Shown here: positions 40,329 to 49,853 of the stretch, one piece after another | Layout: every line of letters begins with the position of its first letter | How positions within the stretch are numbered: position 1 is the first letter of the stretch | NCBI GenBank assembly: GCA_040388985.1 | Contig: JAZKAU010000002.1 | Span: 119,642 to 183,641, forward strand | Direction: 5' to 3' | DNA length: 64,000 bases | Source of the DNA: Patescibacteria group bacterium | Lineage (GTDB): Bacteria; Patescibacteriota; Minisyncoccia; Phycocordibacterales; Phycocordibacteraceae | The notes under the pieces: model-generated | What the model saw: the letters and a program-made list of their open reading frames with translations, nothing else | Told to the model about the DNA's origin: nothing | Databases searched by the model: none | Program-made: the position numbers and the translations under genes

Positions 40329-40998
40329 CGAATGCAAAGACAGAAGCGTCGCGTTCATATCCTATAAATGCGCCGCCACGCCTGACCACCTCTTTGCCTA
40401 TTGCTGCTGTACCCATAAAGGGGTCGAGCACGGTCATACCCGTCTTAAAATAAGCATCAAGAATGAAATTAATAATTCCGACAGGGGTTGGACATGGGTG
40501 TTGCTCAATGGGTTCATAGTCATAATAGAGAATCTTGCCACTGGGGTCGAAGTTGATCGCCGAATCTTTTGACAGGACTAGCAGTTGGGAAGAATTTGAA
40601 TGGGCGTTTATGCGCGTTGAATAGTCTGTATCCCAGTGTTCTTCGGGAAGTTCGACACCTGATACACTTCGCGCAAAGTTAATGTGCCGGGAATGTAAGT
40701 GGAAGCCGAGGGAGATGCACTGTGCCTGCATATAACCTGCAAGCTGAAGATAGGTCCCATTGGTTACAAGAGAATCAGCGCATTCAATAACTAGCATCCC
40801 GGTATCTGTAAGAACACGGTAGCATTCACTAAACACTCGTCTCAAAAGAGCATGGTACTCACCAAGCTCCAAATTATCGGTATATGAGCCGTAGCGCGTG
40901 CCGATATTATATGGCGGGCCTGCATAAATCAAGTCGACAGAGCTGTCCGCGACTTCGGCCATATGTTCAGCCGATTTTCGATGTAGGTGTGTATCCAT
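40306..40998 (-). CDS. Orphan N4/N6 DNA methyltransferase (beta class)
   Basis: VDLIYAGPPYN, HPCPTP, VLDPFMGT, FIGYE. Confidence 0.8.
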   Translation of the reverse strand: MDTHLHRKSAEHMAEVADSSVDLIYAGPPYNIGTRYGSYTDNLELGEYHALLRRVFSECYRVLTDTGMLVIECADSLVTNGTYLQLAGYMQAQCISLGFHLHSRHINFARSVSGVELPEEHWDTDYSTRINAHSNSSQLLVLSKDSAINFDPSGKILYYDYEPIEQHPCPTPVGIINFILDAYFKTGMTVLDPFMGTAAIGKEVVRRGGAFIGYERDASVFAFAKRNLNS

Positions 40999-41086
40999 CC
41001 TGCGTTATTAAGATTCATTAAATAGCTCCTACCCTCGACCGATCATTCCAGTGAAGCGGTCGCTAGAGTCCATGATGATTCTCCTG

Positions 41087-41175
41087 TCAGGCGCGAAAAT
41101 CTTTCGCGCCTGAATAAGAGGGGCGACCGTGGTCGCCCCAGGTTGGCTAACGGGTGCACCATGCACCCGTTAGCC
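41087..41175. terminator. Three tandem hairpins
   Basis: TCAGGCGCGAAA/TTTCGCGCCTGA; GGGGCGACC/GGTCGCCCC; GGCTAACGGGTGCA/TGCACCCGTTAGCC. Confidence 0.6.
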
Positions 41176-41856
41176 CTAGAGGTGCAGCTTCAGTCCGGCA
41201 GATACCACGTGGCCGGTGCGATCGGTGTCTTCCCAGCTGAGATTGAACGACAGGCGTTCGGTGGCTTGGTAGGAGCCGGTAAGCGAGCCGCGGACCGTTG
41301 CGTAGCCCTGGGTCACGTTGATCGAATACCGGCCGTCGACGCTCACCGTGACCCGGCTGATAGGTTGAAACGAGATACGGCCGCCGGGCTGCAGAAGAGT
41401 GAGCGAGGGCAGGTCCTTCACGCCCACCATCTCTACCACCCGGAACACCGGAGCGACAGTCACCTTGCCGCGCGTTATCGGTACGGACACGTCGCCATAG
41501 AACTCCACGATGTCGTCCTTGGGCTTAAAGAGCGAGCGACCCAGGTTCACGAAGTAATATTGTCCCGAGAGCTGGATCTTGAAGATGCCCTCGACGGTAT
41601 CGTAGTAGAGCGATAGGTCGATCTCGTTCGCGGTCTTTCCCGCGGGTCCTCCGCTCAGGAAGATGTCGTACGAGATCTTTCCGCAGGTGCGGGTGCCTTC
41701 TACCTGCACGACCGGGTCTTTGGAAGCCGTCACGCCTACATCCTTGAGGATGTAGCCGCTCGCAGCCTTGATGGTGATCGTGTCGGAGCAGTCGGCGAGT
41801 GCCGGTGTCGCAGCGCACAGGAACGTCGAAGCGAGAAGAGCGAGCGAGATACGCAT
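41176..41856 (-). CDS. Secreted protein resembling an outer-membrane beta-barrel (TorF/TIGR02001-like)
   Basis: ALA signal peptide; amphipathic beta strands; PVVQ, NEIDLSLYY; C-terminal VSAGLKLHL. Confidence 0.55.
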   Translation of the reverse strand: MRISLALLASTFLCAATPALADCSDTITIKAASGYILKDVGVTASKDPVVQVEGTRTCGKISYDIFLSGGPAGKTANEIDLSLYYDTVEGIFKIQLSGQYYFVNLGRSLFKPKDDIVEFYGDVSVPITRGKVTVAPVFRVVEMVGVKDLPSLTLLQPGGRISFQPISRVTVSVDGRYSINVTQGYATVRGSLTGSYQATERLSFNLSWEDTDRTGHVVSAGLKLHL

Positions 41857-41986
41857 TTCATAATCCCCTTGATTGGAGAGCAGCGGCTATCGCTGTCTAG
41901 GCATATAAAAACAAAATCTGTCAAATACGTCAAATAATGTCGGACATTTGTTGACAAATATTCGACAACACTCTAGCATGCGCTCT

Positions 41987-42745
41987 ATGGATGAAGGCCT
42001 CTTGGCATCTTTGGGACTTAGCGATAGTGAAATGAGGCTGTATAAAGCCGTACTCACAGCAAAGGAGCTTTCTCCCCCTGAACTTGCGCGGAAGACCGGG
42101 ATCAAGAGAACTACGGCCTATAGCATGGCGCGCGGTCTTGTTGAGAAGGGACTTCTCATAGAAGACTCAAGCCGACGCCCCCGCGTGTTCAAAGCCTCGA
42201 CTCCCGAGGACATCGCGCTCGTGATGGAAACGGAAAAGAAACATTCAGAGGGACGCCAGGAGTTGCTTAGGAAACTGTCTGAAAATGTGGCTATGGCGAA
42301 CGCGGAGGTCGAATATCCGGTCCCCCGCATCAAATTCATAGAGGAGTCGAAGATAGATCAATATTTCAGGCAGGCGTTCCCGTTCTGGATAGAGAGCATG
42401 AAGGATAGCGGAGAGTACGGGTTCTGGGGATACCAGGACGCGACCCTCGTCGCGCATTTCGAAGACCAGCTGCATCACTGGTGGAAGATCAGTCCGCCGG
42501 AATCGCATGTATACCTTCTTACGAACCTGACCGGCAGTGAGCGTAAGCTGAAGGATCAGTATCCGCAGCGTCATATGAAGTACTGGGGAGAGGCGACTGA
42601 CTTCATCTCGAGCACCTGGATAGCGGGTGACTATATAATCATTATCAATACGCGCAGCCGGCCATTCTATGTCATCGAGATCCATTCGCGCTCACTAGCG
42701 CACGATCAGCGGGAAGTATTTAGGAATCTGTGGGAGATGGTGTAG
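41987..42745 (+). CDS. TrmB-family transcriptional regulator, class A
   Basis: LGLSDSE..LY..VL...LARKTGIKRTTAY..GLVEKGL; WIAGDY; EIH..LA..QREVF.NLW. Confidence 0.88.
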   Translation: MDEGLLASLGLSDSEMRLYKAVLTAKELSPPELARKTGIKRTTAYSMARGLVEKGLLIEDSSRRPRVFKASTPEDIALVMETEKKHSEGRQELLRKLSENVAMANAEVEYPVPRIKFIEESKIDQYFRQAFPFWIESMKDSGEYGFWGYQDATLVAHFEDQLHHWWKISPPESHVYLLTNLTGSERKLKDQYPQRHMKYWGEATDFISSTWIAGDYIIIINTRSRPFYVIEIHSRSLAHDQREVFRNLWEMV

Positions 42746-42756
42746 GCTGGAACGAT

Positions 42757-43323
42757 ATGAAAATAGGCATCATGGGCGCGGAAGGGAGCTTCTCGCAGGA
42801 AGCCGCCGAAGCATATATCAAGAAGGAAGGACTGAAAGACGCTGAACTTGCGTTCTTGGTCCTTACGGAAACGGTCCTGACTGCGCTTGAAGCGGGCGAG
42901 GTAGATCTGGGGGTCTTTCCAATAGAGAACAGCAATGGCGGCATCGTTATCGAAGCGGTACATGCCATGGCAAAGCACCGCTTCCACATTAAGACGATGT
43001 TCGAGATAGACGTGCATCAGAACTTGCTCGCGCTTCCCGGAACGACCGCAGACAGTATCAAGGTCATCACTTCACACGACCAAGCGCTCAAGCAGTGCCG
43101 TATGTATCTGAAACGCGTGTGGCCGGGCGTCGATATCGAGGAATATGAGGATACCGCTAAGGCAGCAGCTGACCTTGCGAACGGTACGCTCCCGAAGACG
43201 ACTGCCGTCATAGCCTCAAAAACCGCTGCTGCGCTCTACGGACTTGATATCCTAGAAGCGAGCATCCAGGACCTGAAGTTCAATTATACGAGTTTCGTGG
43301 TGGCAGAGCGTTTGGAAAAGTAG
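42757..43323 (+). CDS. pheA: Prephenate dehydratase (catalytic domain only, no ACT)
   Basis: G.EGSFS.EAA, PIENS.GG.V, SHDQAL.QC, DTAKAA, IQD...NYTSF. Confidence 0.82.
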   Translation: MKIGIMGAEGSFSQEAAEAYIKKEGLKDAELAFLVLTETVLTALEAGEVDLGVFPIENSNGGIVIEAVHAMAKHRFHIKTMFEIDVHQNLLALPGTTADSIKVITSHDQALKQCRMYLKRVWPGVDIEEYEDTAKAAADLANGTLPKTTAVIASKTAAALYGLDILEASIQDLKFNYTSFVVAERLEK

Positions 43324-43371
43324 AAACAGAGACGCCCCCGACCGCAGGAGTCGAGGACGCCAGAATGTCAG

Positions 43372-44055
43372 TCACGATACGCGGCCGAGCAGCTCATATC
43401 CGAGGTCATAGTGCGTTTGCAGAAGGACGCGAGCGTCGCCGAGAGCATCCCGGAGCCTTCTTATAAGATCCACTATTCCCCAATAGCCTTGTTTACCGTG
43501 AAGCATGAGGTGCTCATGCAAATACGAGTTAGAAACGATCTCCAGCCTATTCGCCAGGATGACTAAGGCGTTGATCTGTCGCCCTGTAAGCGCGATCATC
43601 TTCCCGTTCACCCATACCTTATAGGCTAACTCGTCGATCTCAAGGACTTGGCCGTCCTTCTCGAATCGAAGAATTCGCGGGCCCAAACTCGTCGTTCGCC
43701 AGAGCGTTTGGCGGATGGCAAGTTCGATAAGCCGTAGGTTCGTCGGCCCAAGCAGCACGTTATCGCAGCCGGCGTCCAGGAATCGAGCGCAGCGATCCGC
43801 CCACGCTTCATCCCACGGTCCTTCCATGATGCGGATAATCGGCGCTTTGAAGCCTGTATCCCGTATGCTCGAGATAGTTTCGATTCCGATTCGCGCGTCC
43901 ATGCCGAATAATACGGACTGATATGGATGCTGTTGAAGAAGCTCGCACAAGTGATGCGGCTGGGTATCCGGAGCCGTAGCGACCGAGTACCCGCCTTGCG
44001 CGAGAAACCACGTAGCCTGGGAATCAATCCCGGCCGTCAATATCTCAGTGCTCAT
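43372..44055 (-). CDS. OmpR/CtrA-like response regulator with degenerate receiver domain
   Basis: FLDAGCD, LTGRQ..LVILA, IRRLRDAL, QTHYDLGYEL wHTH; phosphoacceptor Asp and conserved Lys not evident. Confidence 0.7.
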   Translation of the reverse strand: MSTEILTAGIDSQATWFLAQGGYSVATAPDTQPHHLCELLQQHPYQSVLFGMDARIGIETISSIRDTGFKAPIIRIMEGPWDEAWADRCARFLDAGCDNVLLGPTNLRLIELAIRQTLWRTTSLGPRILRFEKDGQVLEIDELAYKVWVNGKMIALTGRQINALVILANRLEIVSNSYLHEHLMLHGKQGYWGIVDLIRRLRDALGDARVLLQTHYDLGYELLGRVS

Positions 44056-44113
44056 GATAGGTACTCCTCTACACTGAGCGCAGTAAACGCTAGTCAATAC
44101 TAAGTGTCAAGAA

Positions 44114-44153
44114 ATGAAGAAAAGGCCGCCCGTGAGGGCGGCCTTTTCTTCAT
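44114..44153 (-). terminator. hup terminator
   Basis: GAAGAAAAGGCCGCCC-GTGA-GGGCGGCCTTTTCTTC. Confidence 0.8.
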
Positions 44154-44165
44154 TCGGAACCGATA

Positions 44166-44438
44166 TTACTTAACTGCGTCCTTGAGCGCCTTAGCTGCGC
44201 GGAACTTAGGAGTCCGGGTAGCAGCGATCTGGATGGTCTCACCGGTGCGAGGGTTGCGGCCGGTGCGAGCTGGGCGAGCCTTGGCGGTGAAGATACCGAG
44301 ACCTGCGATAGAAACCTCATCTCCTCCCTTGAGGCCGGAAACGATGCTGTCGATGACGCACTCTACTGCGCGGTCAGCGTCTGCCTTGGTTCCGCCGAGC
44401 ACATCCTGCACCTTCGTTACGATATCTGCTTTGTTCAT
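44166..44438 (-). CDS. hup: DNA-binding protein HU
   Basis: MNKADIV, GLGIF, ARTGRNPRTGETIQI, PKFRAAKALKDAVK. Confidence 0.97.
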   Translation of the reverse strand: MNKADIVTKVQDVLGGTKADADRAVECVIDSIVSGLKGGDEVSIAGLGIFTAKARPARTGRNPRTGETIQIAATRTPKFRAAKALKDAVK

Positions 44439-44548
44439 AGTATACGTTGGGGACTGTTACGGGTTAAATCCTCCTTTCGGGGGCTTATGACACAAAGTAT
44501 AGGAAATGAGCCATTTTACGCAATAGGGCGGCAAACCCGGAGGGGATA

Positions 44549-44580
44549 GTGAAAAATAGCCCTAAAGGGCTATTTTTCAC
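44549..44580. terminator. rny terminator hairpin
   Basis: GTGAAAAATAGCCCT-AA-AGGGCTATTTTTCAC. Confidence 0.7.
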
Positions 44581-44607
44581 GCACTGTGTCAAGATCTTAA
44601 GCCGCCT

Positions 44608-46116
44608 CTAACGAGCGAATTCGACGACACGGTTCTCGCGAATGACATTTACTTTGATCTCTCCTGGATAGCGGAGCTCTTCCTGCACGCGAAGCGCGAT
44701 CTTTCGCGCGAGCGTGTGGGTTTCGAGGTCTGAAATCTTTCCGGGATTCACGAAGATGCGTATCTCGCGCCCGGCCTGTATGGCATAGGCTTTCTCGACG
44801 CCTTCGAAGCTGCTAGCAAGACGCTCAAGGTCGCCAAGACGCTCAAGGTAGCGCTCTACGGTGTCGCGACGCGCTCCCGGCCTGCCGCCCGAGACGGAGT
44901 CGGCTACCTGTACGATGACGGATTCGGGAGTCTCATACGGGAATTCCTCGTGATGGGACTGCATAGCCTGGATTATGCGCACATCGACGCCGAACTTCTC
45001 GAGGATGCGACGGCCTATTTCCACGTGCGTACCCTGCACTTCATGATCGACCGCCTTGCCGATGTCGTGCAGAAGGGCGCCTGCGCGCGCGATGTCAGGA
45101 TCAGCGCCGAGCTCTTCGGCAAGCATTCCGGCGATGTGCGCCATCTCGACCGAATGGGTGAGAACGTTCTGCCCGTAGCTTGTGCGGAAGTGGAGGCGGC
45201 CCAGGAGCGCGGTGAGCTTAGGGTCGATGCCTACGACGCCGACTTCATATGCGGCCTGCTCGCCTTTCTGTTTCATGAGGCTCTCGACTTCGCTGCGGGT
45301 CTTCTGTACGGTCTCTTCTATCTTGGCGGGCTGGATGCGGCCGTCTTCGATAAGCTTCTCGAGCGCAATCTTAGCTATATGGCGACGTAATGGGTCGAAG
45401 GAGGAAAGGGTTATTGATCCAGGGGCTTCGTCGATGATGACATCGACACCCGTAGCACGTTCGAAGGCCTTAATATTGCGGCCCTCCTTGCCGATGATCT
45501 TTCCCTTTATCTCCTCAGACGGTATAGGGACGGCAAGCGACATGACTTCCGCGTTCACGGGGTTCGCAAGACGCTGGATGACCGAGAGGAGAATGCTACG
45601 AGCCTTCTCCTCAAGCCGTTTGCGACCGGTCGCCTCAAGCTTCTGGATACGCCCGAGGAGCGCGCCTTCCTGGGCCTTCTCGATGTCGGATATGAGTCGT
45701 GCCTGCGCTTCTTCTTCGGAGAACTGGGCGATGCGCGCGAGTTCGGCCTTGCGCTCTTTGAGCACTTCCTCAGCGTCCTTGCGGAGACTCGTTGAGATCT
45801 GCTCGCGCTCGACGAGGCTGCGCTCGCGCTCGTCGAGGAACTCTTCACGCTTCATGAGCCGAGCGTTGAAGCGCTCGAGCCGCTCTTCGCGTTCCTGGAG
45901 AGGAGCGGCGCGCGTGACTTCTACTTCTTCAGCGCGCTCTTCAGCTTCCTCAAGAATGCGTCCGGCGCGTTCCTTGGCTTCAAGGAGCTTCTGCTTCACT
46001 TCAAGCTCCAATGAGCCGCGCTGGCTCAGACCGATGAGCAAGCGCAGGACATAGCCGACCATGACGCCGGCGAGCCCGGACAGGGCGAGCAGGGAAAGCA
46101 CTAATTTTATAGACAT
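44608..46116 (-). CDS. rny: Ribonuclease Y
   Basis: N-terminal TM, coiled coil, KH (KGKIIGKEGRNIK), HD (RTSYGQNVL.HS, LLHDIGK), RPGARR. Confidence 0.97.
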   Translation of the reverse strand: MSIKLVLSLLALSGLAGVMVGYVLRLLIGLSQRGSLELEVKQKLLEAKERAGRILEEAEERAEEVEVTRAAPLQEREERLERFNARLMKREEFLDERERSLVEREQISTSLRKDAEEVLKERKAELARIAQFSEEEAQARLISDIEKAQEGALLGRIQKLEATGRKRLEEKARSILLSVIQRLANPVNAEVMSLAVPIPSEEIKGKIIGKEGRNIKAFERATGVDVIIDEAPGSITLSSFDPLRRHIAKIALEKLIEDGRIQPAKIEETVQKTRSEVESLMKQKGEQAAYEVGVVGIDPKLTALLGRLHFRTSYGQNVLTHSVEMAHIAGMLAEELGADPDIARAGALLHDIGKAVDHEVQGTHVEIGRRILEKFGVDVRIIQAMQSHHEEFPYETPESVIVQVADSVSGGRPGARRDTVERYLERLGDLERLASSFEGVEKAYAIQAGREIRIFVNPGKISDLETHTLARKIALRVQEELRYPGEIKVNVIRENRVVEFAR

Positions 46117-46127
46117 AGATAAAGGGT

Positions 46128-46212
46128 CGCTCAGTCCCTGGGCAAATAAAAAGTGCGTTTCGCTTCGCTGCACTCGGCATTCAAGCCTTTTTATTTGCCC
46201 AGGGACCTCGCT
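46128..46212 (-). repeat. Structured intergenic element, family A copy 2
   Basis: Reverse complement: AGCGAGGT-CCCTGGGCAAATAAAAAG...TGCAGCGAAGCGAAACGCA-CTTTTTATTTGCCCAGGG-ACTGAGCG. Confidence 0.7.
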
Positions 46213-46325
46213 AAAGTTGCGGGATTGCTAGGGCACCGTACCATATTTGGAGTTTCCGGTACAGAAATGGCGACTCCGAGCGGAGTCGCCATTTCTACTA
46301 TCTGCTGATACTCGTTCGCTACAGA

Positions 46326-46928
46326 TTACTTATATACCTGGTCGACGATGCCATACTTCTTCGCTTCTTCGGCAGTCAGGAAGAAGTCGCGGTCCACATC
46401 GCGCTCGATCTTCTCAAGCGGCTGCCCGCTGGTCTTCGCGAGGATCTTATTGAGACGGTCGCGCAGCGACAGGATGCGCTTCGCGCTTATCTCGATGTCC
46501 GCGGCCTGGCCTTCGGCACCACCATGAGGCTGATGAATCATGATATCTGCGTTCGGAAGCGCGAAGCGTTTTCCCTTAGCGCCTGAGGCGAGGATGATGG
46601 AGCCCATGGATGCTGCCATGCCTACCGCAACGGTAGCGACATCAGGCTTGATGTGATTCATGGCGTCGACGATGGCGAGGCCCGAGTGCACGTGCCCGCC
46701 CGGACTATTCACGTAGAGGTAGATGTCCTTCTTCGGATCTTCCGACTCGAGGAAGAGGAGCTGGGAGATGATGAGGTTTGCCACATCGTCATCGATGCCG
46801 CCCCCGAGGAAGACGATGCGATCCTTGAGGAGTCGCGAGTAGATGTCGTAGCCGCGTTCGCCGAACTGCGTCTTTTCGACAACCATCGGTACGAGAGTGT
46901 TTGCGCGCGGTAGTGGGTTCTGTTTCAT
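46326..46928 (-). CDS. clpP: ATP-dependent Clp protease proteolytic subunit
   Basis: [38 protein letters not shown]. Confidence 0.97.
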   Translation of the reverse strand: MKQNPLPRANTLVPMVVEKTQFGERGYDIYSRLLKDRIVFLGGGIDDDVANLIISQLLFLESEDPKKDIYLYVNSPGGHVHSGLAIVDAMNHIKPDVATVAVGMAASMGSIILASGAKGKRFALPNADIMIHQPHGGAEGQAADIEISAKRILSLRDRLNKILAKTSGQPLEKIERDVDRDFFLTAEEAKKYGIVDQVYK

Positions 46929-47041
46929 ATAAGGGATATTAGTGAGGCAATGATATCAAAATCTACTTGAGAAGACGAGTGAAGAGATGAGATTGAACGC
47001 GGCTTGACGATGGTGGCACACTTTTGATACACTTTTATCAC

Positions 47042-47263
47042 ATGGCAACAACCAAGAAACGTATCAATATAAGCGTGTCCAAAGAGATGGACGACGTACT
47101 CGGAAGACTTGCGAAGCGCGATCAAGTTCCTCAGGCGACCAAGGCGGAACATCTCATCCAGCTTGCTCTTGAGATAGAGGAAGATGAAGCTTTGGACGTC
47201 ATCGCGCGTAAGCGTGATGTGAAGAGCGCACGCTTCATCCCCCATACTCGCGCATGGCAGTAA
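47042..47263 (+). CDS. RHH antitoxin
   Basis: KKRINISVS beta ribbon; overlaps the RelE gene. Confidence 0.75.
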   Translation: MATTKKRINISVSKEMDDVLGRLAKRDQVPQATKAEHLIQLALEIEEDEALDVIARKRDVKSARFIPHTRAWQ

Positions 47264-47544
47264 TATACGAGGTCGTATATGAGAGCCAGGTAGTATCGGT
47301 CGATATCCCGAAGCTCCCTCGCGCATTGAAAGAAAGAATCCGAAGCGCGATTGAAGAGAAACTTACTACCCACCCTGACGTGTATGGTAAGCCGCTGCGG
47401 CGCTCGCTCAAGGGATATCGTAAACTGCGAGTCGGCGACTACCGCGTGGTATTCCGCATCGACTCCTCCAAGATAAAAGTCTTTGCCATACTCCACCGAT
47501 CAGTGGTCTACGCCATTATGGAGAGACAGGGCGGAAGTTCCTAA
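47254..47544 (+). CDS. relE: RelE/ParE family toxin
   Basis: GKPLRRSLKGYRKLRVGDYRVVF...ILHRS.VY. Confidence 0.9.
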   Translation: MAVIYEVVYESQVVSVDIPKLPRALKERIRSAIEEKLTTHPDVYGKPLRRSLKGYRKLRVGDYRVVFRIDSSKIKVFAILHRSVVYAIMERQGGSS

Positions 47545-47717
47545 TACGAAGCGTTTGCAGTGGTACTAGTGGGAACAGGCTGAGGAGTAATGCGCTTGGT
47601 GAGGGTGTAGTAGGCGCCGGCGACGACGATGAGGAGAATGAGGAGGATAGCGATAAAGACCCCCCACGGGGCCGGCTTTGCGGAAGCACGCGGAGAATCG
47701 GCAATTTCAGTTTCCAT
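47541..47717 (-). CDS. Small single-TM protein (58 aa)
   Basis: METEIADSPRASAKPAPWGVFIAILLILLIVVAGAYYTLTKRITPQPVPTSTTANASY; below the ORF-track size cut-off. Confidence 0.6.
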   Translation of the reverse strand: METEIADSPRASAKPAPWGVFIAILLILLIVVAGAYYTLTKRITPQPVPTSTTANASY

Positions 47718-47771
47718 ATCTACTCTTTACTATACTAGTCGTGTAGATTTCATGAAACTTACAGGATAATT

Positions 47772-47810
47772 GAAATCCCCCTGAAGGCTGTGGCCTTCAG
47801 GGGGATTTCA
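47772..47810. terminator. ppa terminator hairpin
   Basis: GAAATCCCCCTGAAGGC-TGTG-GCCTTCAGGGGGATTTC. Confidence 0.7.
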
Positions 47811-47843
47811 TAAGTTCTTCAGTTTTCTTTTAGAACCGGAAGA

Positions 47844-48362
47844 CTATTTCGACTCTTTGTAGAGTTTCACGGCGCGTTCGAATGCGGCCTGCGCTTCTTT
47901 GCGGTCAGCAAATCCTTCGATAACGACTTCCTTCTTCTGCAGGCCCTTATAGGTCTCAAAGAAGTGCTGGATCTCTTTAAGGGTGTGAGGATTTACATCT
48001 CCCAAATCCTGGACATCGTTGAAGCGTGGATCCTGCGTCGGAACAGCAAGTATCTTGTAGTCACTTTCTCCGCCGTCGATCATACGCACCACTGCGACAG
48101 GACGAGCTCGGACGAGGACGCCGGGCACGAACGGATACGTCGAAAGAAGAATGGCATCCAGCGCATCCCCGTCATCCCAAAGGGTCTGTGGAACAAAGCC
48201 GTATTCGACCGGGAAGTCCTGCGCGGTATGAAGAACGCGATCGAGCGCAATCATGCCGGTCTCCTTATCTATCTCGTACTTGTTCTTCGAGCCGCGTGGG
48301 CATTCGATGATGATATTCATCTCATCGCTGGTTCCCGGTGCTATGTCGTGAAGTAGGTGCAT
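47844..48362 (-). CDS. ppa: Inorganic pyrophosphatase
   Basis: NKYEIDK, YGFVPQT, DGDALD, MIDGGESDYK, HFFETYK. Confidence 0.96.
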   Translation of the reverse strand: MHLLHDIAPGTSDEMNIIIECPRGSKNKYEIDKETGMIALDRVLHTAQDFPVEYGFVPQTLWDDGDALDAILLSTYPFVPGVLVRARPVAVVRMIDGGESDYKILAVPTQDPRFNDVQDLGDVNPHTLKEIQHFFETYKGLQKKEVVIEGFADRKEAQAAFERAVKLYKESK

Positions 48363-48398
48363 GGATTGTTCTAGTTAGATAGGTAGATGATACCAGCT

Positions 48399-49853
48399 CT
48401 AGGATGCGTCTTTGACGGACTCGGAGCTCTCGTCGCGAGCCTCGCTCGCGTCCGAGGTCGCGCCGTTGTCCGTGAAACCAGTCTCCTCTTCCATGCTGAG
48501 CGAGCCGTTCGTTTCATCCGCTGCGTCAGGGACGATGATGGACTCGGTGCCCACCGTATCAGCCTCAGCGACAGAGTCGCTCTGGGGATCGGTAAGGGCT
48601 TCCTGCATCTCGCTCGCGCCTTCGCTCGCGGCCTCGTCTATGGTCTCTTCGGATGGAGTCTGGTCAGGACGCAGTGATACGTCAGCGTCGGCTTCTCCTA
48701 CGGATTCACCGCCGAGCGAGATGATGTCGATATTCCAGCCAGTGAGCTTCGCGGCCAGGCGTACGTTCTGTCCGCCGCGGCCGATGGCGAGTGACTGCTG
48801 GTCTTCGCTTACGGTAACGAGCGCGCGGTGATCAGCTTCGTCGAGTTTCACCTCGAGGACGGATGCAGGATTGAGCGACTCCTTTATATAGGCAACCTGG
48901 TCTTCGGACCATTCGATGATGTCGATGCGCTCTCCGCCGAGTGCGCCCATGACGGTCGAGACGCGTACGCCGCGCTGACCTACGAGCGCGCCAACAGGAT
49001 CGACATGTGGGTCGATGGAAGCGATGGCGATCTTCGTGCGGCTACCTGCTTCGCGCGCGAGCCCTTTGACTTCAAGGGAGCCAGCTGCAAGTTCAGGCAC
49101 TTCGGCTTCGAAAAGTTTCACAAGGAATTTCGGATGCGCGCGTGAAAGGCGCAGGTATACGCCGCGGAACCCTTCATCCACCGTGTAGAGGAAGGCACGG
49201 ATACGCTCGCCGGCACGGAAGCGCTCTCCCGGAATCTGCTCCTCGTAGGGGATGATGCCGGTCGCGCGACCGAGGTCGACGAAGATGGCACCGCGCTCGA
49301 TGCGCTGGACGATACCGGAAACGATCTCGCCCTTCTTGTGACCGAACTCTTCGAGGATGGAGAGCTTCTCGGCCTCGCGGATCTTCTGGATGACGACCTG
49401 CTTTGCGGTCTGTGCCGCGATGCGGCCGAAGTCGTCCTGCGGCTCGAGCGGGAAGACGAGTTCGCCGCCGAGCGTGGCGTCGCGCTTGATGCGCTTGGCG
49501 TCCTCGAGGAGGATGTGCTTCTCAGCGTCGAAGCGAGGAAGCTCGCCTTCAGGAGTATCGTCGTGCTCGTGTCCGAAGCGATCCTGGTGATGGTCAGCCT
49601 GCGCAAGCTCCTCCACTTCCTCAGGATCAGGGAAGCGCACCATCGTATCGTCCACGATGGTCTTTACCTGTTCGAAGGTGACTCCGCCCGAGTTCATGTC
49701 GAGCTTGGCGCGCACGACCTGGCCGCGCTTGCCGTACTCCTTCTTGTACGCGGTCGCCATGGCTGACTCGATGGCCTCCATCATGGTCTCACGGCTGATG
49801 CCGCGGTCTTCGAACTCTCCGAGCACTGAATGTATCGTCTTTAGGTCCAACAT
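48399..49853 (-). CDS. nusA: Transcription factor NusA
   Basis: FGRIAAQTAKQV, LSRAHP, AREAGSRTK, SLAIGRGGQNVRLAAKLTGW; acidic tail. Confidence 0.97.
   Translation of the reverse strand: MLDLKTIHSVLGEFEDRGISRETMMEAIESAMATAYKKEYGKRGQVVRAKLDMNSGGVTFEQVKTIVDDTMVRFPDPEEVEELAQADHHQDRFGHEHDDTPEGELPRFDAEKHILLEDAKRIKRDATLGGELVFPLEPQDDFGRIAAQTAKQVVIQKIREAEKLSILEEFGHKKGEIVSGIVQRIERGAIFVDLGRATGIIPYEEQIPGERFRAGERIRAFLYTVDEGFRGVYLRLSRAHPKFLVKLFEAEVPELAAGSLEVKGLAREAGSRTKIAIASIDPHVDPVGALVGQRGVRVSTVMGALGGERIDIIEWSEDQVAYIKESLNPASVLEVKLDEADHRALVTVSEDQQSLAIGRGGQNVRLAAKLTGWNIDIISLGGESVGEADADVSLRPDQTPSEETIDEAASEGASEMQEALTDPQSDSVAEADTVGTESIIVPDAADETNGSLSMEEETGFTDNGATSDASEARDESSESVKDAS

Noticed and set aside
46117-46173. 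N-terminal extension MQRSETHFLF of Rny, matching the ORF at 17253
   Set aside because: The peptide similarity comes from the non-coding family A repeat; the true Rny start is MSIKLV at 46116.
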